Origin: Neoconidiobolus thromboides FSU 785
Lineage: Eukaryota > Fungi > Entomophthoromycota
Length of the DNA stretch: 64,000 nucleotides
NCBI GenBank assembly: GCA_025603075.1
Contig: MU626333.1
Coordinates: 1-64,000 of the forward strand
Reading direction: 5' to 3'
In this document: positions 25,886 through 37,296 of the stretch, in pieces
How the letters are laid out: the number at the start of each line of letters is the position of its first letter
Position numbering within the stretch: the first letter of the stretch is position 1
The notes under the pieces: generated by a model
What the model was told of the DNA's origin: nothing
Seen by the model: only the letters and a program-made list of their open reading frames with translations
The model's database searches: none
Position numbers and translations under genes: made by a program

Positions 25886-26434
25886 TTATTGATAATTAGC
25901 CCAGCTCATAAAAGGAAAAGCAGTATAATCAATTGTAGGTACATTTGATTTAACTATAAAATTGTTACTAGATTGTGCTAGTTGACCATCATTTAAATAA
26001 ATTGGATAGGCAGATGGGAGCCAGTTAAGTGGTGATGGTACTGGAGATACGGAATTCAGCGAAGAGTTTGAGCTAACAATATGGAAGCTTTGATTTTCAT
26101 TAAGTTGATTTGAATAATCAAGTATACTACTATCTTTGATTCTGAATTTTTCTGGTTTATCTTCTTTCTTAGCAGTAGCTTTGATAGAAAACTTACTAAC
26201 ATACTTTTTATAATATCCAGGCTTTGGGTTATTTCTTTTTGGTGGTTTATCTGAATAACTACATTTGGTATTATGTTTTATACATTTATTGCATTTCGGT
26301 CCAACCATATTACATACTAATCGCCTTATTTGACAACATTCGCATTTATAGGGGTGTATTATAACATTGTTATTATTATTGTTATCACTAATTGTTGAAA
26401 CTTTATTTAGAGGAGTATTAACAGATTTACCCAT
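25886..26434 (-). CDS. Short Zn(II)2Cys6 (GAL4-type) zinc-cluster protein (182 aa)
   Basis: CECCQIRRLVCNMVGPKCNKCIKHNTKC fits C-x2-C-x6-C-x6-C-x2-C-x6-C, followed by a basic/Pro linker. Confidence 0.85.
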   Translation of the reverse strand: MGKSVNTPLNKVSTISDNNNNNNVIIHPYKCECCQIRRLVCNMVGPKCNKCIKHNTKCSYSDKPPKRNNPKPGYYKKYVSKFSIKATAKKEDKPEKFRIKDSSILDYSNQLNENQSFHIVSSNSSLNSVSPVPSPLNWLPSAYPIYLNDGQLAQSSNNFIVKSNVPTIDYTAFPFMSWANYQ

Positions 26435-29400
26435 GGTAGATTAAATAATATAACTTTAAATAATAAATATTTTTTACAAAAAATAATTTGAATTAAAAGA
26501 TAAATGATCGTGTTATTTATATACTTTTTCAGGATTATAGTTATAACTATTAATAATGTTTTTATCAAATTTCGATATCATAATTTTATTTGTTTATTTA
26601 GTTCCATAAAAATGTATTAAGTTATTGTACAGGTTAGATCTTTATTTGGTGGAAAATAGTGTATTTAAAAATTTTGTTCAAGAATATATGCTTGGATTTG
26701 ACAATAAAATTTTTCATGATATTGAAATAGCACATGGTGTTGTGTAAACTTAATAATATGACTCAATTGGAAATAAAATTCGATTTCAAATATTTTAATT
26801 CCATAATATAATTGTTTTTTGCATACAATAAATTAAATAGAAATAAGGACTAATATTTAGAAATTAAAAGACTTTATGTTTTATTAGCAATGTTCGATCA
26901 ATTTATATTAAACATATTATTATTTATAGAAAAAACGATACTATTTATAAAAACGTTTAGCTTGTTTAAGTTCTTATAGAAAGTACCACGGTTTCGGAAT
27001 TGCAGTGTAGCTTTAAAGTGGCAATTAATAATGAAATAAATAAAAAATTATTTTTAATTCCTATTAAGGGGAATATATTTTATAATAAAGATTTTATATA
27101 TTTCATTCAATAAAAATAGTTAAACAATGAATAGAATGTAGGAATATTGTTTATTTTTTTTAAATATAAGATGGAATTAACTCAAATAGTTTGGGTTCTT
27201 AATCTCGAACAGAATAGGCATTTGATTATATTTAGAAACTTAAATCAAGTTTTGAATCCAATTTTTTTATTGTATCATTAATAAATTACTTGGTTCTTTT
27301 GATATCATTAAGCATAGCAATAAAAATTAAATGATATATTATTTCAATTATCAAGTCTCTTGGAAAACGTTATATTGTCTAAATATACTTTATAGTTGAA
27401 ACATTTATTATATTCCTAAAGCAACAAATCGTCTTCTCATAAGATCTATAATCCTTAGTTATTGTGTTGCATATGATAACAAATATATTAAACAGGAATT
27501 AATGTAAGCGTTGTATTTTCACAGCATTTATTACAAAGAAGTAAAAATCTTCTCATAAAAGCTAAAGATTGTTATATTTTTAGAAATTGAATTCTTAATA
27601 TGCTCTTATTTTTATCTATTTAATAAATTAGTTCTAGACTAAAGGAAGTTTAATTGGTTAGCTTGCTTTTTTAGCTCAAGAAATAGAAATTAGCTAAAAG
27701 CAGTAGCAAGTTATGGCGCTTTTATATATTTAAAAATGGAATGTATTAGAAATCATATTACTTGTTTGTAAAACACAATTAATTGATAGATCTTTTAATA
27801 AATTACACTAACACCACCTTCTATTGTATAATAAAATTTTCTAATATTTCTACTTTCATTTTTAATTAAATAATTGCATTCGAAAATAAAATAATATATA
27901 TTACATTTCAAATTTTTTAATACTAATATGGATAAATATCGATACATCCATCTGTAGTTAAAAATGGTTCTATTTTATTCTTTAGAGCAAATAAAATGTT
28001 GGAATTGTTAAATAATAATTAAAACTCCAATAGTTTAATTCCTGATTTTAAAATAATAACCTTAAGTGTTTAATTAGAAAACAATTTATTTAACAAACAT
28101 ATAACTGAGATCTATTGTATCATTAAAATTCGGATAAAAGGAATGACAAGGTATTAATATTGTTTTAAAGCACCTTTTTGTTTTAAAATAAGCTAAAGAA
28201 GTACTATTATTAATAAATTGAAAAATATACTATTCTGTTTACAAAAATAAAGTAACAATAACCAAAACTATCAATACGGAACTTGAATTATAATTAAATA
28301 AACCAAAATCAAAGGGGACATTTCCAGAAAACCTGATTTAACTTTCAAAAATAACCCTAGTTATTTTTCTATTATCGCAGTTCGCTATTTAACACTGAAA
28401 AAAAGCTTAAATAGATCTTGATTATTTTGAATAAAGATTCAAATAATACTTTTTCTATGGTGTTATTATAAAGTTCTTTAAAATGGATTTATTCCTAAAT
28501 AAGTTGCGTTTTTTCTATTCAAGCTCCACCATTCGATATTTTTGAGCAACTAAATCACTTTTAACATATCCCTTACTTCTGATCGTACTTTAAGCTATTT
28601 TAAAAGTCCTAAACCTCAACTTCTAATCATCTCATTTTAGTAGTATCAATTTGACCTTGTAGAAGTTATATATGAAAAAATGTTCCTTGTTATGATAAAA
28701 CTATGTGCTTTTAATTCGAAAGTTTATTAGTATAAGTATAGAATATTAGTGTTTTAAGAGAGAGATAAAGTTATGAGCAAAGTATTAATTGGTTTTGACT
28801 CTATTCTTTTATTCTTTTATCTATAATTGACAAATTTACACAAAGAATTGAGCCATCCTTTATCCCTTCACTATTCTTTTTTTGGCTCAAAAATGACTTA
28901 GATTCTCTTTTACAAAAATCAAAAACAATTCCTTTTTATGAAGGGAGGTCAAAAAGTTTAGAAAATAGAAGGCTTAAAGAGGATCTGGTCAGAAGCTTCT
29001 TACACTATTCTATTGTATCTATTATAAATAAAACAACTACAGTATTTTGTATTACTTCAGTTGCTCGCCTACAATATATTCAAAAGGAAGGCTACTATTA
29101 ACAAAAAATGATTTCCTATTAAAACTAAAACGCGTCTTTGGAATTTTGATGTGTTTGAGAAGTGAGTAATTTAATTAATATAAAACTTTGTAGTTCTTTT
29201 ATTTATAACATATACAATTTTATTGTATAAAAAATCCTCGCTTACATAATATTTAATTCTCTTAATTTTTAAATTTTTTGGCTCCCCTTTGTAGGTTTTT
29301 TTATCCAATGTAAGATTGCTAAACTATCACAGTCATTCAATTTGTTAAATCACAAAATCAATCTACTTTTACTATAACTAGATGGAAATTAAATAGAAAA

Positions 29401-29598
29401 CATGTGTGGATGTATTTTTTTGTAAGTGATAAAATTAAAACACTCTCATATCATATGCTTTAATAGAAAAGTTTCTAGAAAAAATAAAACAAAAGTGTTT
29501 AAAAGTGAGATTAATAAGATTGATTTTTACAAATGTATGATGCACCCATGCTTTTTACCAATTGCCCCTTTTTACTATTTAAAAAAGCTAAAAATTAA

Positions 29599-29639
29599 TT
29601 AACTAGCATACTATCCTAGCTTGGAAGTATGCTAGTTAA
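29599..29639. repeat. Inverted repeat/hairpin with 14-bp perfect arms
   Basis: TTAACTAGCATACT-atcctagcttgga-AGTATGCTAGTTAA; tcc/gga can extend the stem. Confidence 0.7.
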
Positions 29640-29692
29640 CTGTTCCTTTTGGAATAAAAATTAAATTAATAATCCCCAAGTCAACATGATAC

Positions 29693-29790
29693 GGGAATGT
29701 TTTTTTGATTTCATTACTTTTTCCATTTTTTAAGCACTACTTGAGTGGAAAGATTGTTAGTAAAATTCTTAAACAAAAAAATACATCCCC
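29693..29790 (+). mobile_element. ~98-bp MITE copy
   Basis: GGGAATGT...ACATCCCC; TSD atac/atac. Confidence 0.9.
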
Positions 29791-29825
29791 ATACAATAAA
29801 TAGTTGGCTGTAAAGCTCATTATTT

Positions 29826-29924
29826 GGAGATGTTTTTTTTGGCTTCATTACTTTTTCCATCTTTTAAGCGCTATTTGCGTGGAAAATTTGTTAGTAAAAT
29901 TCTTAAACACAAAAATACATCCCC
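29826..29924 (+). mobile_element. ~98-bp MITE copy
   Basis: GGAGATGT...ACATCCCC; TSD attt/attt. Confidence 0.9.
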
Positions 29925-30196
29925 ATTTGTCAAAGCACATTTAAACTTAAACAGCTCCATTAGTTAATTCCTAAATTTTAAAATAACAAAAAGTAATAAG
30001 TAAAAAACATTATTATATACCATTCATATAATTATTAAATTTTTGATTAAATTATTATTTTTTAAAATATAAACACATGGTAAGATAAAGTGTTTTTGAT
30101 TTAAATTTAATAAAGTATTGCAAAATAATGAAACTTTTGATATATAATTTTTTTTTAATCCTTTTTATAATTTATGATTTTTCTATAGCTTATAAA

Positions 30197-30657
30197 TGTG
30201 AAATCTGGTACTCAGTGACTAGAATCAAAAGCAGCTTTTCCTTGGTTGACTAGCTGTAAGTCGAAAGGTTCTAGTTTATGTGACCAAGATAGACTTAAAC
30301 TATGAAAGATAGGATCTAATAGGCTACGGACTATGTAAGGCAAATAGAATAAACAATACTATTGTAAAACCTACATAAAATATTAAAAAGTTTAGTGAAT
30401 TCGTTAGACGTACAAAATATCAAGGAATAATTCAATCAAAAAGCCTCAAATTATCGTGTTCTAAAATCTCTTTTATACTCTGAAAAGTATAGATATCAAA
30501 ACGGCGAGATAATGTCTTTCGGAATCATATGACAGAAATTCTCATAACAAATGAAAACAAGAGCTTGGGGTTGATTGTGCCTGAACTTGAGAACATAACA
30601 ACTTAAATGATTGTTGTATTATGATCAATCGTAGGGCTGATAAAGCGATATTTCACA
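30197..30657 (-). mobile_element. Solo LTR-like element, copy C
   Basis: TGTGAAAT...ATTTCACA; perfect flanking duplication (taaa/taaa, or ataaat/ataaat if the termini are GTG/CAC). Confidence 0.85.
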
Positions 30658-30671
30658 TAAATAATATATAT

Positions 30672-30765
30672 GGGAGTGTTTTTTTTAATATCATTATTTT
30701 TCCACTTTTAAGCGCCATTTGAGTGGAAAGATTGTTAGTAGAATTCTTAGACAAAATAACATACA
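30672..30765 (+). mobile_element. MITE copy with degenerate right end
   Basis: GGGAGTGT start and family core; terminal CCCC lost. Confidence 0.7.
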
Positions 30766-30793
30766 TATATAAAGTTTTTAAAATTAAATATAT

Positions 30794-30853
30794 GGGGATG
30801 TTTTTTTAAGCACTATTTAAGTGGAAAGATTGTTATCAAAATTTTTAAACAAA
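30794..30853 (+). mobile_element. Internally deleted, truncated MITE copy
   Basis: GGGGATGTTTTTTT joined directly to aagcactatttaagtggaaagattg. Confidence 0.7.
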
Positions 30854-30854
30854 T

Positions 30855-30952
30855 GGGGGTGTTTTTTTGTGTTTAAGAATTTTACTAACAATCTTTTCAC
30901 TCGAATAGTGCTTAAAAAATGGAAAAATAATGAAATCAAAAAAAACATCGCC
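30855..30952 (-). mobile_element. ~98-bp MITE copy
   Basis: GGGGGTGT...ACATCGCC; TSD aaat/aaat. Confidence 0.9.
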
Positions 30953-31483
30953 AAATATATCTCTATATATAAAGATAAATTTTAAAAAAAGTTAGGAAAA
31001 TAGTGTTAAAAATGAATTTTATATTAAAACAATGAAAGACAACCTTACAATGATTATTTTTTTTATTGTTCTTAATAAAATACTTGGAAATTTATCTTTT
31101 CGAAAAAAACTATTTATAAATATGAGTATATCAATAAAACTTATGTAGATATGGGTACAGATTTTACAAGTGTTTCAGTTTTTTTTAAAGTAGACTAAAA
31201 GTGACTTTAAATTGTTAACAGTTTTATTTGAAATGCTATGTCTCATGAGTTGATTCCACTTTAATATATTTTTATGTATTCAATGGAAAATAAAATAATA
31301 ACGTTCCAATTTTATTTTATCTATTGAAAAAGAAAAAAAAAAGAAAAATTGCACTACAACAGAAAAGGGATATCTGATACTAATCAAATGATAAATTACG
31401 TCCATCAACTTTAGCTTTAGTAAATCCTAGTTATTAACTTGAATACGAAAAACAGTTTAAATAAAAGATTATGTTATAAAACA

Positions 31484-32839
31484 TCAACCATCATTAAGTT
31501 CCAATAATTTCAACTTAACTTCATCCGATAAATTAAAATCCAAATAATCTTCATTATTAGGATAAAGATTAAACACTTGTATCTTTGGACAATTAGAAAC
31601 TATTAATTCAATAGCTTGTTCTATATTACCTTTACAATCACTCAATGAAACGTTTGTTAAATTGGAACTTTTGAGTGGGCTATTTGATGCTAAATTATAA
31701 TTCAAATTCTTTTCATTTATAAACACACATTTAGCTAGACATAATATACTTAATATTGGATAACAAGTAATTAAATTTTCCAAAAATAAATTCGTTATAG
31801 AAACATTAGTAATCGTTAAACTAATTAAATTACTACACTTCAACTCATGGTTATACGTTAAACTTAATTTAGGATCACAAAAGATATCTTCCGCTAATTC
31901 AAAGTTAGTTAAATTGGGCAAATTGAATATCAAATATAATTTATAATCATTTAAATTTTGACAAAAGCTTATGGATAAGATTCTTAACTTTGGAAATGTA
32001 ACTTTAGAGATTTCAATATATTGTAAATTTTGGGCAAAAAATCGAATTTTGGTGACTTGAGAGGTACCTTTCACTGTCATATCTCCATTGTTATATAAAT
32101 ATAACTCCTTTAATTGAGGGAGATTATTTAAGTTTAATATATACTCTTCATTACAATAAGATTGATTGGCGATATTTAAACTTACTAATAAATTAAAGGG
32201 TTTATCGAGGAGCTTCTTTAAATCATACTCAATTAAATCAAAATAAATACTCAATCTTTTTAAATTTGTTCTATTTTTCAATATTTTTTCTATGATCGGG
32301 TTGTGATAGCCTATATATGAAATTAAACAAAACTCATTGATAGTCGTTGGAAGGGTTGTTATTATTTCATCAAATAAATAATCATCAATATCTTCAGCTC
32401 GAAAATAAGTTATATTCTTAAATAGCTCCTTAAAACATATGTTGTTTTTATTCGTATAATCTTCAAGTGGTAAATTATTAATACTCTTTTTATAATCCAT
32501 CATAGTAACGTTAAATTCTTTATACTCTTTTATATTAATTAAATACTCATCTAATGTAAAATGAATTGTTTTAACGTTGGTTAGATACTCTTTGTACTCC
32601 AAATACATTGCATCCTTTACGTACAGTCTCTTAATAAATGGTCCATACTTTTTTAATATTTTTAACATAATTTTATTATCTTCATCTGAGGTAAAATTGA
32701 GATCAAAACTCTCTATTAGCAATGGTAATATCACAGAATGCCATCCTTTATTTACAGCAGCTAATCGAAACCTATAACTTTTGTCAAGATGAGATAAGAT
32801 CTCTTTCAATATTAAATCAGGAAGTAAATTTAATTGCAT
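31484..32839 (-). CDS. F-box protein with LRR/RNI-like C-terminal region (451 aa)
   Basis: N-terminal LLPDLILKEILSHL...LAAVNKGW F-box; repeated LxxLxL motifs (LPQLKELYL, FPKLRILSI, LPNLTNFEL). Confidence 0.85.
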   Translation of the reverse strand: MQLNLLPDLILKEILSHLDKSYRFRLAAVNKGWHSVILPLLIESFDLNFTSDEDNKIMLKILKKYGPFIKRLYVKDAMYLEYKEYLTNVKTIHFTLDEYLINIKEYKEFNVTMMDYKKSINNLPLEDYTNKNNICFKELFKNITYFRAEDIDDYLFDEIITTLPTTINEFCLISYIGYHNPIIEKILKNRTNLKRLSIYFDLIEYDLKKLLDKPFNLLVSLNIANQSYCNEEYILNLNNLPQLKELYLYNNGDMTVKGTSQVTKIRFFAQNLQYIEISKVTFPKLRILSISFCQNLNDYKLYLIFNLPNLTNFELAEDIFCDPKLSLTYNHELKCSNLISLTITNVSITNLFLENLITCYPILSILCLAKCVFINEKNLNYNLASNSPLKSSNLTNVSLSDCKGNIEQAIELIVSNCPKIQVFNLYPNNEDYLDFNLSDEVKLKLLELNDG

Positions 32840-34888
32840 TTTGATTAAAAAAAAGTCGACTTTGGGTCTAGATTGGTTCTTTAATCTTCTTTTGAAACTC
32901 CGAATTTATTTACTGAAGTGTTATTGGTTCGATTTTTTCATATTGCATCACCTAAAATTAAATCATATTTTTTATAAAGAGAGCAAGTTGAATTGAAGGA
33001 TTTGTGATTATTATTAAGTGAATGATAATCAAAGCTAATCCAATTATCATTCTTTAGTCGCCTTCTATTTCTTTATAAAGAGTTTAATTTTAAAAGCTAT
33101 TTTATAGCCATATGGTGGTAAAAACAGTGTAATAATTATAAAATTAGAGTTGAAATTTTAAATTTTAATAGTAACAAAAGTTATTTAGTTGATGTTACTT
33201 CTTTAGCATATTTATGCTACTTATGATATCTTTGATAGTAAGAATTGTTTTATCAAGGAGTAATATAGAGTTATTATATTGGTAATAGTTCTATTAATAA
33301 CTCCTAACATCAAGGACTTTGAAAGTAATATCATATTCAAAGCAAACCACTAATTTTTATATAATATTTACAATGTTATAATAATTAATTTAATAATTCA
33401 ATAATTCAATAATTCAATAATAATTTTGATAGTTATATGACAAAATTTCCTTATTATAATATCTTTTATAGCTTTTATTTGCTTTTGTTTAGATTAATTA
33501 TCTATATAAAAAGCTTATTTTGTTCTGTTTTATTTTTTATAAAATTTTAACTAAAAATTTATATAAACAAATATCTTACTAAATTTATTAAAAATACTAA
33601 TATACTATATAGAATATTTCTATACACTTCTAATAAAGGATTTGATTAATAATAAGCACAAAAAAATTAATAGTGTTTATTTCAATTATTAAAGTTGTAC
33701 CAACATGAAATAATAAAAAAGAATACCTTTGGAATTCAACTTATAAAAAAATAGATTAAATTAATTATGATTATTCAAATAATTTTATAATCAATCTATA
33801 TATTATGATCCTTAGTTTATTCTATTGCAACAGAAATATAGATACTAAAATACTTTTTTTTATTAAAAAATACTAGTTTATTTTAAGAAGATTTCATTTA
33901 TTAAAAAAATTATTATTTCTATCAAATATACTTTTTAACCAATAACTCAATATTATTCATTCTATTGAAATAACTAAATACCCTATTTAGAACCGTATTT
34001 TAAAGATATCATCACTTTATTTTATATATCATTACTATCATCTTAGCAATCTTTCACTTTAAAATCCAGGTTCTATTTTTAAAGGAATTATTATCTCTTT
34101 TTATTTACAATTGATTATTATTTTCTAAACTCAACTGTTATTCCAAAAATTTCAATGATTCAACTAACTAAAATAAAATAAGAATCCCTTTCATCCCTTA
34201 AATTTCAACTTATTAAAAATAGTAAAACTAGCAATTTATCGCTATTTTAATTCGACAGAACTTCTATATATTAAATGTTGATATGTTATCAATAGGTCTA
34301 ATTTGAATGGATTCTATTCTATGACATTAAATATTGATATTAAATTAAATAATATCTTTAGGATATCCATTGTTGAAGGAAAAGTATATTTATCTCCATA
34401 ATATTAAGTAATAATAATATATTAAAATCAAGATTTTTATTGTTATTATTCTTGATAAGAAAAATAAAATTTTAACATTCGAGTTTTTATTATTGAATAG
34501 CCTCCTTTACTACTCTTGGTAACTAGGAATGTGATTATAGTTTTAAAATTAACTAAATTAAAATAATATCTCAAAAGGTGGCGTTATTATGCATTATTTT
34601 AATAGGTATACTTACTATATTAAATACTCTATTTTATTTTTAGAATTTAATTTATTCTATTTGGTTTGGTTTGATATTTTACTATACAAAATATAATAAA
34701 AACAAATGTATTTTTAGAATATTTAATATACCACAGATTCTGGGGTAATTCTTAGTTGAAAATAAAAGAAAGATAATGCTACATATACCGAGTTTACAAA
34801 CTAGTATAAAAATAGCATCAACATACTACAATTTTATCACAAAATAAAAACAAAAAGAAAGATATATTGTATAATCAAATCCAAAAAA

Positions 34889-36013
34889 ATGCAACTCTTA
34901 TCATTGGTTCAAGTAATTTTATCTGTAGCTACCATTCAAGCACTTGACCTTAACGCTGATCTTCTTAATAATCAAAACTATTATGATTACCCCAACCCTC
35001 CTTATGGTCGTCCTATAAAAACGGTTACTGCTACATTGACAAAGACTGAAACTGAAACATGTACCACTACCGTGACTAAGCAACCGATTATCAGCACAGT
35101 TTATAAACCAACTACAGTAATTCAAACTACTACAATTAGTAATAAACCAGTGACTTCTACTGTTCGTACCTCTATTTATATTACAAAATATAAAACTTCT
35201 TTTGTTCCTACCACCACCACTTGTTATGAAACATTAACAAAAACAACCACTGTATCAAATAAGCCAACTTCTTGTTATCCAAATACCATTACTAAGACCA
35301 ATGTCATTACATCTTATGTACCAACTACTTCTTATGCTACACAAACCAGTACCTTAACTTCCATCCATTACTCTACCATTACCAATACTGCTACTTCAAC
35401 TATTGTTCAAACTTCCGTTATTCCAACCACTATTACTTATGTCTCCACTATCCAAGTACCCACCACAATTACTCAAACTTCTACTCTTAATGTACCCACT
35501 ACTATTTTATTAACTAAAACCATCACTTCTACTGTACAAAATACAAATACTGTCTACCCAACTAGTACAGTGACTATTACTAGTACTAAAAATGAATATC
35601 AAACTATTACCAATACTCAAACACAAGTAATTACTAAGACTGAAAGTACTTGCAATACATCGAATACCAGCTCATCAGTAAGTTCTACTCAATCAACTAC
35701 TTCAACTTATGGTACTACTACTCCAATCACTACCAAGCCTTCCACCACTACTTCAAGTGTAAACTCTACTACTTCTACTTCCTCCACTCCAGCTACTACT
35801 AAGCCTTCTACTTCTACTACGCCTACTTATCCTACATATGATACTAAACCTGTACCATCATCTTCTAGTAGTAGTAAGACTACCCCTACATATACTAAGC
35901 CAACACCAACCTATACTAAGCCAACTCCTACATATACTAAGCCAACTCCTACATATACTAAGCCAACACCAACCTATAGTAAACCTAGTCATGGGTATCC
36001 AACTTATTATTAA
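34889..36013 (+). CDS. Secreted Thr/Ser-rich mucin/extensin-like protein with C-terminal TKPTPTY repeats (374 aa)
   Basis: Signal-like MQLLSLVQVILSVATIQA; very Thr-rich body; no hydrophobic GPI tail; TATAAAA at ~34805. Confidence 0.85.
   Translation: MQLLSLVQVILSVATIQALDLNADLLNNQNYYDYPNPPYGRPIKTVTATLTKTETETCTTTVTKQPIISTVYKPTTVIQTTTISNKPVTSTVRTSIYITKYKTSFVPTTTTCYETLTKTTTVSNKPTSCYPNTITKTNVITSYVPTTSYATQTSTLTSIHYSTITNTATSTIVQTSVIPTTITYVSTIQVPTTITQTSTLNVPTTILLTKTITSTVQNTNTVYPTSTVTITSTKNEYQTITNTQTQVITKTESTCNTSNTSSSVSSTQSTTSTYGTTTPITTKPSTTTSSVNSTTSTSSTPATTKPSTSTTPTYPTYDTKPVPSSSSSSKTTPTYTKPTPTYTKPTPTYTKPTPTYTKPTPTYSKPSHGYPTYY
35873..35998 (+). repeat. In-frame 21-bp tandem repeat (4 perfect TKPTPTY plus 2 degenerate units)
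   Basis: ACTAAGCCAACWCCWACMTAT units from 35894 to 35977. Confidence 0.9.
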
Positions 36014-37296
36014 ATAAGCAATCAATAAATAAAATATTTGAATTTTTAACATATGGAATTATCAACTTTTAAATATTATTTATTTTAATACTTTTTTAAA
36101 AAAAAATTATAAGTAGTAGAATTATATATTAGTTAGAACGAACAATAATAATAGTTAAGATGTATAAAGTATCTATTAATATTAAGAGATTTATCCGTCA
36201 ATGGAATATCCTGATATGATATGTAAGTGATGAGTTTGTTTATTCCCTTTCTATAAAAAAGTAGATATCAAAAAAATAATGGTTGAAATTTACTTTTTTA
36301 AAATTATTATTATTGGATGAATAATATCGAGAAATTGATAATAATTGATTAGAAGATATATATATATTAGATTTAATTTACTTGAAATACACAACTATTG
36401 TTGCTATAGTCAAGTGGTGATATTTGTATTTATTCTCTTTGATTGCTATATCAAAATTTACTATTTTTTTTAACTCTCTTTTAATATTAGCTCATTATCA
36501 GTGTTTTCAAAAATCTTTATTCAAGTAAAAAAGTAACAAAAAGGTTGCAATAATTACTGCATCAGTTTTAGAAATTAATACCAAACTTACTATTGTTTTT
36601 AGATAGTAATAACGTTACCTGTTGCATCCAACAATGTTTTATTAACTATAGATATGAAATTGTTTAGCATGAAAACGGATTTAATACAAAAATTGATATT
36701 CTAGAAAATTCAATTTCTCTTATAACTACTAAAACTCTATTGTGGCTTGTATAACTATTGATTTAAAAATAAAATCAAGGTAGAATCTTAAGATTTAGGT
36801 TTAAAAAAACTAAATAAATAATTAGCACTAAAAATTAGCACAACTTAAATCACAATACAGTTACAGTAGTTGTAATATTTGTTTGGGATTTCAAAATCGA
36901 ATTTTAGAACAATTAATTAGAAGATTAAAGAATATGGGAACTGTGTGATAAGGATAATAGCTTTATTTGATAGAATAAAGTCAACATAAATTATAACAAT
37001 GAATCTACATAAAAACGAATTATTTGAAATGAAACTAATACAATACCATAACTAATATTTAAAAAAGTGACTATAAATTGAACCCCTTAATCAAAAATCA
37101 GTTTGATATTAAAACTACTCTACTTACTAAATAAGTCTATAAATGACTTGAATTCCCATTAAAGAACTCATTTCAAAGTGTAACTGAAATCAAGTTTAAG
37201 CTTAATTTTGAATTTCTAAACCAATAAAGTAAGCCCCTCAATTAGATAAATTGTACTAAACTAAAAGCTTTTCTTTTTGTATTTATTTTTTTAACA

